In this document: positions 1 to 10,277 of the stretch, piece by piece
Numbering within the stretch: the first letter of the stretch is position 1
Layout of the letters: each line of letters begins with the position of its first letter
NCBI RefSeq assembly: GCF_006345805.1
Contig: NW_021836346.1
Span: forward strand, 1-26,781
DNA: 26,781 nt
From: Octopus sinensis
Lineage: Eukaryota
Reading direction: 5' to 3'
The notes under the pieces: generated by a model
Told to the model about the DNA's origin: nothing
Database searches by the model: none
The model's input: only the letters and a program-made list of their open reading frames with translations
Position numbers and translations under genes: made by a program

Positions 1-565
1 TACACAGAGACATATACGCATGCTAGTATATTTGTGTATGTATGTATATATATGTGTGTGTATATATGTATACACACACACTCACACACACGTACACACA
101 CATTTATGTGTATGTGTGTGTGTATACACGCACACATGCAAACATACTACCTTGCAACACACACAAATTTATACATTGTGATATTTGCTTTACATGAAGA
201 AACGTAATATTTTGGAATAGGCCGGAACTATTAAAACTATTTATTTCTCGAAGAACGACGACAAAGACTACCAATAAATGGTTCATGATGGTGCTTTATA
301 GCTGCATTCTTCAACATTGTTCTACATCTTTGTATTCGAATCAGTTCCATTTATTTCAGTGTTGTTAACGCCTCACTAAAGCCTTCACAAGTAATTCTTC
401 GTCAACTAATTCAGTCTGGTTGCAATTTAACCTTTTGCAAGCCAACAATGGAGTGTCAATGCAGTCATTCGATCGGCTAGAAATTGCAGCTAGCAGAAGA
501 ACAATATCAAATAAATGTAAATTGAGTACATAAACCTCGGTACTTGACTGGCTTTGCATTTAAAT

Positions 566-567
<2 letters not shown>

Positions 568-623
<56 letters not shown>

Positions 624-658
624 CATTATTATTATCATTATTGTTATTATTATTATTA

Positions 659-700
<42 letters not shown>
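568..700. repeat. (TAT)n microsatellite
   Basis: Direct reading; explains the poly-L/poly-Y ORF at 554..808. Confidence 0.97.
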
Positions 701-704
<4 letters not shown>

Positions 705-1073
705 TCCGCCTTAGCCAATACGGAGCTATTGTTCTCAGTCGCGTTTGTCTTTTTGTTTGTTTGTCCGTGGACAAGATATCTCAAGAACCACTGGATAGAT
801 TTGAATGAAACTTTCAGAGATGTTTGGCCTCGTGACTGGCACGAAGTGATTAAATTTTGGCGTCGATCCAGTGCTGGAAAAGAATTCTGGATTATTTTTC
901 TGCTTTTTTTTTACTTAACTTTTGAGAACGGTCGGGTTCATTTTTAGTATTCCCGTTTGTGACAGCAGTTGAGTTTATTTCAGATATTCTCATTTTAAAA
1001 TTATCTGTGGCTAATCTTTGAGAGGAAATTGGTGTTGTCTTGGCGGAGGTTTGCGCTCTCTGAGTGCTCTTGT
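701..1073 (+). mobile_element. Non-autonomous Helentron-associated element (HINE / DINE-1-like)
   Basis: Subterminal inverted repeats ACCTCCGCC (702-710) and GGCGGAGGT (1042-1050), an internal TTTG/GTTT short repeat near 744-765, and a 3' hairpin GCGCTC-TCT-GAGTGC (1053-1067). T-rich flanks. This is the established HINE layout. Confidence 0.75.
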
Positions 1074-1092
1074 ATTATTTTAGTTTATTCTG

Positions 1093-1526
1093 GGCGCAGG
1101 CATGGCCGCATCATTAAGATGCTCGCTTTGCGACCCCGTGGTTTTGGTTTCAGTTTCACTGCCCGGCACTTTTGGACAAGTGGTTTCAACTATTACTCTG
1201 GGACGACGAAGACCCATAAGTGAAAAATTTGGTGGACAGAAACTATGAGAAAGCACGTTGTCTATGCATTCATATATGTGTGTGTGTGTGTGAGTGTGTG
1301 TGTGTGAGTGCGTGAGTGCGTGTGCGTGTATGTGTGTAAGTGCGTGCGTGCGCATGTATGTGTGTGTGTGTGCGTATCTTTGTGTATGTGTACGTTCTCC
1401 ACAAAAGAGTGATAGAAGTACTAAACTTAAAAATAAGTACCGGGAGAGAATTCTTTGTCCAAACCATTCAAAGCAATGCCCCAGCGTGGCCACAGTCCAA
1501 TAAATGGAACAATCAAAAGATTAAAG
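1093..1526 (+). mobile_element. tRNA-derived SINE family A, old copy with internal (TG)n expansion
   Basis: Head GGCGCAGGCATGGC...GGTTTCAGTTTCACTGC...TTTGGACAAGT and tail CCAGCGTGGCCACAGTCCAAT...AAAAGA align by eye to the copy at 18083-18501. Confidence 0.75.
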
Positions 1527-1544
1527 CTTAAAGCTATTTTTTTT

Positions 1545-1840
1545 TCGTTTTTGGATTTGGTTTGCAAGATTCTTTATATGAGTTCGTGTATTGAAGCATA
1601 TTCTGTTGTGTCTGGGGAGAGTCATTTTCTTTTTGTGCCTTATAATGTAACACACTCACCGGTAAAATTTCCACTTTTTTTAATATTTATTTTCCTAAAA
1701 AAATAAGACTATTGAAAAGGTTGCAAGATGTAACGAAACTTTTTGGAAAATAAAAATAAAAAAAGTGGAAATTTTACCGGTGCGTGTGTTACATTATAAG
1801 CTACAAAAAGAAAATGACTCTCCCCAGATACAACAGACTA
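1545..1840. mobile_element. Palindromic MITE-like element with long inverted arms
   Basis: 1602-1700 (TCTGTTGTGTCTGGGGAGAGTCATTTTC...CACCGGTAAAATTTCCACTTTTT) is the imperfect reverse complement of 1741-1837. No ORF. Confidence 0.75.
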
Positions 1841-1974
1841 TTTTTTTTTTTTGGTTTTATGGAAGAATGAACTGTACACATGGCAGGCATTCGTTGGCCT
1901 TCCAAGATCGGTGCTATCGACTCGATCAATTTTTCTTTATTGCCTCTTAGTAAGAGAGGGAAAGGCAATAAACA

Positions 1975-2005
<31 letters not shown>

Positions 2006-2008
2006 GTG

Positions 2009-2045
<37 letters not shown>

Positions 2046-2163
2046 TATGTATATATATATATATATATTGATAGATAGATAGATTTAGATGAATATGGTA
2101 CTTGTTGAGGCACCAGAATTTAGTACGGTATTATCCATACAATTTCAAAGTAAGGTGATTAAA

Positions 2164-2280
2164 ATCAAAATAAGCAACAATGATATCCAGAGGTAATGCA
2201 GTACGATCGTTTCATTAAATGGAGTTGCATGAAACGATCGTACTGCATTATCTCTGGATATCCTTGTTACTTATTTTGAT
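2164..2280. repeat. Fold-back cassette: 52-bp inverted arms, 13-nt spacer, hammerhead 3' half
   Basis: 2164-2215 and 2229-2280 are reverse complements with 3 mismatches. The right arm contains GAAACGATCGTA. Abuts (TA)n at 2281. Confidence 0.85.
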
Positions 2281-2285
2281 ATATA

Positions 2286-2346
<61 letters not shown>

Positions 2347-2430
2347 ATTCGAGACAAAACCACTATTTTAAAACCAAACAAGGAAAGACTTAATCAATAC
2401 ATAAAATTTTAATATAAATTAAATAAACCG

Positions 2431-2473
2431 CCACTACAAATTTTCATGTCTGCTACCGACAATCTTCAGGTGG
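2431..2473 (-). ncRNA. Mirror copy of the hammerhead-like motif on the opposite strand
   Basis: Reverse complement reads CCAC-CTGAAGA-T-TGTC(GGTAGCA)GACA-T-GAAA-ATTTGTA-GTGG. Confidence 0.6.
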
Positions 2474-2536
2474 ATTTTCGATCTTCTAATCAGTATCAAA
2501 TTTTCAAAATTTGATACTGATTAGAAGATCGAAAAT

Positions 2537-2578
2537 CCACCTGAAGATGTCGGTAGCAGACATGAAAATTTGTAGTGG
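2537..2578 (+). ncRNA. Minimal type I hammerhead ribozyme-like motif
   Basis: CCAC-CTGAAGA-TGTC(GGTAGCA)GACA-T-GAAA-ATTT-GTA-GTGG: stem I CCAC/GTGG, CUGANGA and GAAA boxes, GUA triplet. Stem III is weak. Confidence 0.6.
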
Positions 2579-2750
2579 CGGTTTATTTAATTTATATTAA
2601 AATTTTATGTATTGATTAAGTCTTTCCTTGTTTGGTTTTAAAATAGTGGTTTTGTCTCGAATTATATTATATAATATTTTAATATAAAATTGGATTTAAC
2701 CCTAAATCTGATTTTTCCCTGTAATTTTGGATTCATTCCCTAATATTTAT

Positions 2751-2803
<53 letters not shown>

Positions 2804-3096
2804 CATACACACGCATCTATATTATATGTTATATAGAGTGTATATGTGAACTACCAATGCTTTGATGTGAAGAGAGATCTCTCAACAATAATCAAGCCAG
2901 CCACATGAGAACATTTGTACATGTCTTCATTTTGGAGACGAGAAACAACGTTACCATATGACAGGCTCCATAATTGTTATGAGATTCCTCTTGACATGAA
3001 ACCATAGGTAGGCTTGCTAACTAGCAAATAAAGAAAATATATCCATCAATGGGATGTTGAGCGCTTATTCCCACTGTTCGATATTAGCGTATTATC

Positions 3097-3545
3097 TAGA
3101 GAAGCGAGTTTTGTCTTGTGAATGTTTTTAAAAAAATGGGTGAATGTAACAAGGATGGCACGTATGAATGACGAAGCCACCTTGACTATGATCCTACGAA
3201 CCGTAAAAATTAATACAGAGAGTTGCTTATTTGTAAAAAAATATATGTGACTTCATTGACCGAGGTTACCGTGGTCTTTTCCGTAGGCTTTTCTTTCCAC
3301 GGGTAAACCTCACCTGTCCTCCCCTTTACACTTTATATTGACATTTCTGTGATAACGATCCCTATTGATCGATTTTTTCTTTTTCCTTTTATTTTTATCC
3401 CCCTTCTTTTTTTTACATTCCTCTTTCTTTCCTTTTACAATCCTTTTTGATCGAAAACGAAAACCCCTTTCTTTATCCCCCAAAAGAAAAGCTCTACCTT
3501 GTAATTTGTCCCGTCTGTGTGCAGCCCTGTGTGGCTAATAAAGAA

Positions 3546-3546
<1 letters not shown>
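3097..3546 (+). mobile_element. L1/Tx1-type LINE 3' end, diverged copy A
   Basis: Aligns to about 8616-9177 (GGATGGCACGTATGAATGACGAAGCCACCTTGA ... GTGCAGCCCTGTGTGGCTAATAAAGAAA), then (CTAT)n. Confidence 0.85.
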
Positions 3547-3585
<39 letters not shown>

Positions 3586-3607
3586 GTCTATCTATCTATC
3601 TATCTAT

Positions 3608-4260
3608 AACGGGAAGGAAGAGCTATTTTCATCATCCTTGTGGCTATGGCGAAAGAATGTATCTGGTGGACGCGTCTGAAAGGATTGGAGACAAACACTT
3701 TCCTCTCTGGTCAATCTCTCATCAACTTCTTCAAGTACCACTTGAAAAGGAAAGTGAGAGTAGAGAGGCAAGTTTTGTCTAGCGAATGTTTTTAAAAAAG
3801 ATGGGTGAATGTAGCAAGGATGGCACGTATGAATGACGAAGCCACCTTGAGCATAATCCTATGAACCCAGAAATTGAAAACAGAGGGTTACCCACTTGCA
3901 AACAAATGTGGTAACATATAACAATATTGACCAAGGTTACCGTGGTCTTTTTCGTAGGCTTTTCTTCCCACGGATAAACCTTATCTGCTTCCCCCTTTAC
4001 AGCATACATCATGACACTGTGATACACGATCCTTATTGATGGTTTTTTTCCTCTTCCCCTTTTTCCTCTTTTTTCTTCTTTTTTCTTTTTTCTTTTCTTT
4101 TGTTTCTTTACCTTTTTTCTTTTTTTCTTTTTTCCCTTTTACGATCCCTTTTGATCGAAAACTTACGCCACTTTACTTTTTTTTCATCCCCCAAAAGAAA
4201 AGCTCTACCTTGTAATTTGTCCCATCTGTGTGCAGCCCTGTGTGGCCAATAAAGAAACTT
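3608..4260 (+). mobile_element. L1/Tx1-type LINE 3' end, copy B
   Basis: Near-identical to 8462-9177 over the coding part. ORF2 stop at ATAATCCTATGA. Flanked on both sides by (CTAT)n. Confidence 0.9.
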
Positions 4261-4278
4261 ATCTATCTATCTGTCCGC

Positions 4279-4310
<32 letters not shown>

Positions 4311-4520
4311 CTATCAGTCTGTCTGTCTATCTATCAGTCTATCTAACTAACTAACTAACTACCTACCTACCTACCTACCTACCTACCTACCTACCTACCT
4401 ACCTACCTACCTATCTATCTATCTATCTATCTATATCTATCTATCTATCTATCTATCTCTATATCTATCTCTCCCTCTCCCCCCCCCTCTCTCTCTATCT
4501 ATCTATCTATCTATCGATCT
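4261..4520. repeat. Compound (CTAT)/(CTGT)/(CTAA)/(CTAC) microsatellite
   Basis: Direct reading. Confidence 0.95.
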
Positions 4521-5112
4521 ATTTTTGTCTATGTGTTTTGTGTGTATGTCTATATATGTACATGTAAAAATTTTATTAGCTGGTGCCATTGAATCATTTG
4601 ATTAACTCGCCATCTGCCTGCCAATGTGGTCCGCACCAGCGACATAGACGTGCAACCGATCGACACTCTTACTGGTTGGCGATTTTCAATTCAAAACACT
4701 TTATTTCACCGAATATTGATCACCTCGGAATGATCGTATTTGAATATACCAATGGAAATCGAGTTCAATAGATTCGAAGATTAGGCATCGTATTTGGCGA
4801 AAATAGGTAAGAACTGGAATTCCAAAATGAGTTAATTTAATGGCTGCGGTAATAATTGGTGGGTCATTCGTGGAGAGCCGTTTGAGAAGTTGACTGCGAT
4901 TAGTGTTTCAATTTGATGGATGGATGTAATATTATTTGATTCGTATTGTATAACAGAACGGAATGGCCGGCTACATTTATGTTTATTAAACCTCACTAGC
5001 ATCCATGTACGTATTATTTCGCTTTACGTATACATATACATATGTTCACATATACATACACATATAAGAATGTCTCATTCTATACGTGCGTGTATGTGGG
5101 TAGAGCAAGTCG

Positions 5113-5190
5113 CATATATATATATACACACACACACACATATATATATACATATACACACACACACACCACTATATATATTATATGTGC

Positions 5191-5238
<48 letters not shown>

Positions 5239-5239
5239 A

Positions 5240-5277
<38 letters not shown>

Positions 5278-5296
5278 GTGTATATAAATACATATA

Positions 5297-5329
<33 letters not shown>

Positions 5330-5606
5330 ATATATATATATATATATACATATATATATACATATATATATATATGTATATGTATATGTATGTGTATATA
5401 TATATATGTATAGGTATATATATATACATACATACATACATATATATATAATATAAGCAATATATATATATATATTATATACAATACGTATACATTATGT
5501 AAATACGTAAATGTGTATATGTGTGAGAAAATATGTGTACTTATACATATATATGCATATATTTATCCATGTATATATATATATGTATTCATATATATTA
5601 TATATA

Positions 5607-5648
<42 letters not shown>

Positions 5649-5705
5649 TATATATTATATAATATATATATATATATGTACAACATATATACATAATATA
5701 TGCAT
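5113..5705. repeat. (TA)n/(CA)n-rich microsatellite tract
   Basis: Direct reading; explains the YI-repeat ORFs. Confidence 0.95.
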
Positions 5706-5863
5706 ATAGGTATAAAGATAGGTATTTGTATTCGCTGCCGGTCATTATGTTTAGGAAATATATTGAGTTGCATTGACTAATTTCAGTTTCCTCGTGATTC
5801 TATTGTTTGCATTTTGTTTTTCTCAATAGTATTAGGAGAATGAACTTTTGTGCTTCTTTTCTT

Positions 5864-5913
<50 letters not shown>
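5864..5913. repeat. (TAG)n microsatellite
   Basis: Direct reading. Confidence 0.97.
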
Positions 5914-5914
<1 letters not shown>

Positions 5915-5919
5915 CTTAT

Positions 5920-6575
5920 TGTGGTTAACCTACAAGCTCAGTCCTGGCCGCGCAAATAAAGACGTTATGATCGTGACATTCTCGTTGCTTGATTTTCAGT
6001 CGTAGTGTACCTCGGACCAAATTATCCAATGTGACCCTATTTTCTTTTTGAAGTCAACAGTGTCTGATTTGAGGGACATTTTGCCACCCTTTTTAGTACG
6101 CACCGTAGAGATATTCACTAACACGCACAGGTTCCTTCGTGGTCTCAGCCCCGCATGAAATAAAATATAGCCATTACTGTTTAACTCAAAGCAAATCCCA
6201 TATCTGCGTTTTTGATCAAAGGCGTTCCAATGGTGATTAATCAGTCCAATTTTTTGACGCTGTGCATCTAAGAAACTTTACTGTATGTGCTTTTCCTTTC
6301 TTTAAGGCGTTTGTATATGATGTCAATGAAATTTGGTTGCTGTTTCTAGCCCATCCAACGACCAAATAAAGGTTCTCTTATTGGCACGGGTAAACCAGAT
6401 CGTTGTTGTCAATGTTAATGTTTAACCACAGGTGAAACCTGACCGTGTAAACCTATGATCAAAGGCATTCCATCCATGAACATCCCAACTTAGCAGATTG
6501 TTTCTGAGACAATAGTGTGTGATTTTGCTGCTGTTTCTAGTACACCTTGTGACCATGAAGAGTCTCATTGGAGTT
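5920..6575 (-). mobile_element. Three head-to-tail, highly diverged copies of an old SINE-like repeat (family C)
   Basis: Recurring motifs TTAAC..., TGATCAAAGGC(G/A)TTCCA (about 6213 and 6456; TGATCGTGACATTC about 5968) and TTTGG(T)TGCTGTTTCTAG (about 6332 and 6523). The orientation is inferred. An opposite-orientation fragment GCTAGAAATTGCAGC lies at about 476-490. Confidence 0.5.
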
Positions 6576-6995
6576 TTGATAAATACAAATAGTCACCAAA
6601 ATTCACATCCGATAAATCTTTAGTCTACACAACTTGCATGGACGAAAAGGTTGTGATTTATTTGAAGATTACTCATTAAGCTTTAATCAAATTATCCACC
6701 CAACTATCGATCGATCATTCATATTATCTAACGAGCTGTTTTTCTATCTACCTAACGTTCAATCAATCTACGTACGTATTCATTTATCGATCTATGTATT
6801 TATTGATCAATCTATCCAATTTTCCATCTGTGTATCCTTTAATCTTCCAAGCTACTCATCAATTGATATGTGTGTGTTTGTGAGGTGTATGTGTGTGTGT
6901 GTGTTTGTGTATGTATTTGTATTTGCATGTATGTATATATGTGTGTATATATATATATATGTGTGTGTGTGTGTGCGTGTTTGTATGTATGTATA

Positions 6996-7841
6996 CAAGG
7001 TCTGATCAATAAATATCCGGGCTGTTGCTTTAGTAATGAAGCTTAAGCACGCAGAGCAAAGTCGCTTGGCAAAAATTGACCTTGAACTCTGCTGTGCATG
7101 TACACTAAATTTTAACGTTCTTACTCACTTCCGCTGTTTACAGAAGTGCTTGGAAGGAAGGTGTGTAGCGTGTGATCGTCACATGGATAATGACAGAGAA
7201 AGTTGTCATGGCGATGCCTACTCAGGGGCCTACGCAAAGCTGCAAAAAGTGTATGGAGAGGAGTGTGTGGGCTACACATAAGTATACGAATGGTTCAGAC
7301 GTTTCCAAGATGGCCGAAAAGTGTCAATAGTAACGATCGTTCTTGGAGACCCGCAACCAGAAGAACTGAGGAAAACATCACAGATGTGTGTGCAACTGTG
7401 GGGGGAAATCTTCAAATCACAATCAGATGATGGCAGATTAGTTACGGTTCAGTTCAGTCTATTATCACTGAAGATTTGGGTATGAGAAGCGTGTCCGTTA
7501 AGTTTGTGTCAAAACTACTTTCAGCTGGCCAAAAGGATCTCGGGTTTCAGTTGCACAAGATCTCTTTGATTGTGTCGGGAGCGATGAACACTTTTCGAAA
7601 ACTTTGCGTAGAGCTTTGAGCAGGTATCACCAAGATTTTGGCAAAATTTGATCTAGCTTCTCTGCTCAACTTTCTGCCATGGTCAATGTGACGATCACAC
7701 ACTACACACCTTCTTTCGAAGCACTGCTGTAAACAGCATGCATAGCAGAGTACAAGGTCAATTTGTGCAAAGCGGGTTTACTCTGTATCCTTTAACTTCA
7801 TTGCTATGGCAACACTCCGGATACTTATTGATCAGACCACG
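6996..7841 (+). mobile_element. Mariner-derived non-autonomous element with long inverted arms and transposase N-terminal remnant
   Basis: TA-CAAGGTCTGATCAATAAATATCCGG ... CCGGATACTTATTGATCAGACCACG-TA (TIRs plus TA TSD). Frameshifted HTH-region peptides YAKLQKVYGEEC, VYEWFRRFQDGRKSV, RPATRRTEENI, GSVQSIITEDLGMRSVSVKFV. No catalytic domain. Confidence 0.9.
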
Positions 7842-7850
7842 TATGTATAA

Positions 7851-7943
<93 letters not shown>

Positions 7944-7952
7944 GTCTATCTG

Positions 7953-8025
<73 letters not shown>

Positions 8026-8028
8026 TTT

Positions 8029-8111
<83 letters not shown>
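7851..8111. repeat. (CTAT)n [(GATA)n] array, about 260 bp
   Basis: Direct reading. Confidence 0.97.
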
Positions 8112-9177
8112 GTACGACGACGAGCTCGGGGCGAACCTGGACGTCGACGAGGAGTACCTGACCCGCCTGTTCAGGACGACTTTCGGGCCAGGGCCCATGG
8201 ACAACTTCCAGAGATCCCTGGCCTGGCAGTGCTACCGAGAAGCGCTACCCGTTCGGGATAAGCTCTACAGACACGGCTCGAGAAACACGGGGCCGACCTG
8301 CCCGAGATGCGGTCAGGGCGACGAAACCGTTCTGCACGCACTCGTGCAGTGTCCAACAATTTCCGACCTGTAGGCTTATGTCGAACAACTGCTGTCACGT
8401 GTGGGACGAGTCGGTTTATCAGCTGAGTCTATCGTCAATATTGTCACGCCTCCTTCCTTCAAACGGGAAGGAAGAGCTATTTTCATCATCCTTGTGGCTA
8501 TGGCGAAAGAATGTATCTGGTGGACGCGTCTGAAAGGATTGGAGACAAACACTTTCCTCTCTGGTCAATCTCTCATCAACTTCTTCAAGTACCACTTGAA
8601 AAGGAAAGTGAGAGTAGAGAGGCAAGTTTTGTCTAGCGAATGTTTTAAAAAAAGATGGGTGAATGTAGCAAGGATGGCACGTATGAATGACGAAGCCACC
8701 TTGAGCATAATCCTATTGAACCCAGAAATTGAAAACAGAGGGTTACCCACTTGCAAACAAATGTGGTAACATATAACAATATTGACCAAGGTTACCGTGG
8801 TCTTTTTCGTAGGCTTTTCTTCCCACGGATAAACCTTACTTGCTTTCCCCTTTACACCATATATCATAACACTGTGATACACGATCCCTATTGATCGTTC
8901 TTTTTCCTCTTCCCCTTTTTTTCCCCATTTTTTCTTCTTTTTTCATTTCTCTTTCCTTTCGTTCCTTTTCCTTTTCTTTTTTTCTTTTTATTCTTTTATT
9001 TTATTCAATTTTTTTTTGTTTTTGTTCTTTTCTCCCTTTACGACCTCTTGATCTCGAAACCTACGCCACCCCCTTTTTTTTCTTTTGTTTTTTGTTCTCT
9101 TCATCCCCCAAAAGAAAAGCTCTACCTTGTAACTTGTCCCATCTGTGTGCAGCCCTGTGTGGCCAATAAAGAAACTT
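8112..9177 (+). mobile_element. 5'-truncated L1/Tx1-type LINE, copy C (ORF2 C-terminus plus 3' UTR)
   Basis: GC-rich coding segment, T-rich 3' UTR, ends AATAAAGAAACT then TATC repeats. Confidence 0.9.
8113..8720 (+). pseudogene. LINE ORF2 C-terminal fragment with CCHC zinc knuckle (zf-RVT-like)
   Basis: AWQCYREALPVRDKL..CPRCGQGDETVLHALVQC (C-x2-C-x8-H-x4-C) and AKECIWWTR, typical of L1/Tx1 ORF2. In-frame TAG at 8371-8373. One extra T near 8716 shifts the natural stop seen in copy B. Confidence 0.85.
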
Positions 9178-9360
9178 ATCTATCTCTCTCTCTCTATATA
9201 TATATATACTATATACATACACACATACATACATACATACATAAATACATACATACATACATACATACATACATACATACATACATACATACATAAAGAT
9301 ATGGAAAGAAAGACAGATTGGTATCTCTCAATCAATCTTTCTGACTGTCTGTATATATTT

Positions 9361-9820
9361 GCACAATTGTGGTTGTATAGTAAAAATTTTGCACCCCAAC
9401 CATATCGTTCCAGGTTTCAGTCCCACTGCTTGTCACGTTTGGCAATTTTCTCCTACTAAAACCCGGCACCGACGAAAGCCTTGTGGGTGGATTGGGTAAA
9501 TGAAAATTAAAAGAAACCCGTCATATACATGCACACACACACATGCACGCGCACACAAGCGCGTGATGTGTGTATGTTTGTATATATTTGTGTGTGTCTT
9601 TGTGTTTATGCTTGTCCCCCCACCACCGCTTGACAACCTATGTTGGTTTGTTCACATCTTCGTAACTTTGCAATCCGGCAAAACGGAACGATAAAATAAG
9701 TGCCTAGCCTGAAATAAAATATGCACTGGAGGCGATTCTTACGACTAAGTCGCCTGAAGGCGTTGCTGGAGAATGGCTGCAGTCCAATGACTGAAGCAGG
9801 TAGAAAGACAAAAGATATAA
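9361..9820 (+). mobile_element. SINE family A, diverged full-length copy
   Basis: GGTTTCAGTCCCACTGC, AAAGCCTTGTGGGTGGATT, CGCTTGACAACC and CAGTCCAATGACTGAAGCAGGTAGAAAGA match 18083-18501. Confidence 0.85.
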
Positions 9821-9897
9821 GCTAAAAAATAGATACAAACAGATTTAGAAAGACAGAATGACAGTTGCAGACAAATAGACACAGAGATTGATCGATA

Positions 9898-9955
<58 letters not shown>

Positions 9956-10023
9956 GTGTGTGTGTGTGGTGTGTGTGTGTGTGTGTGTCTGCATATGAAT
10001 TAGTGGGGTCTCTATGTATTTAA

Positions 10024-10104
10024 TATATAATCCGAAAAGTATAGTATTAAAATATTAATCGCGGCTGGTTGGATTTTTAATACTATCAATTTCGGATAGT
10101 ATAT
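10024..10104. repeat. Short fold-back (about 29-bp imperfect arms) between TA/TG tracts
   Basis: ATCCGAAAAGTATAGTATTAAAA versus TTTTAATACTATCAATTTCGGAT. Confidence 0.6.
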
Positions 10105-10277
10105 CCACTGACAGATATACGAGTGCATCTTTTCCCGATTTATGGTCTCTTAGACCACTCACGTGCATATATATATATATATATATATAATATTTATAAA
10201 TGTATATACATACACATGGAAACATACACACACACTCATTCACACAGACATATGTATATATATATGTGTGTGTGTGT

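Larger units (their letters stand above)
2341..2668. repeat. Near-perfect 328-bp palindrome (probable inverted PLE terminus)
   Basis: Arms 2341-2504 and 2506-2668 around a single C at 2505; I see only a 1-nt indel. Flanked by (TA)n. Confidence 0.92.

Noticed and set aside
360-390. 31-nt micro-exon (TTTCAG|...CAA|GTAATT, VVNASLKPSQ)
   Set aside because: Splice-like signals of this quality occur by chance, and there are no supporting neighbouring exons.
4579-4640. Pre-miRNA hairpin
   Set aside because: Only 8 + 5 bp of pairing with a large bulge and loop; too weak for a Drosha substrate.
4920-5773. Many overlapping ORFs rich in YI/IY, and similar ones elsewhere (YLSI, HTYI, CV, poly-L/Y/I/N)
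   Set aside because: They are translations of (TA)n, (CTAT)n, (TACA)n, (TG)n and (TTA)n microsatellites, which lack stops in some frames.
7851-8111. CRISPR array or telomeric repeat
   Set aside because: Simple tetranucleotide repeat with no spacers; eukaryotic context; not TTAGGG.
7738-8373. 211-aa ORF as a real fusion protein
   Set aside because: Chance read-through from mariner arm to CTAT array to LINE fragment; only the last part is coding-derived.
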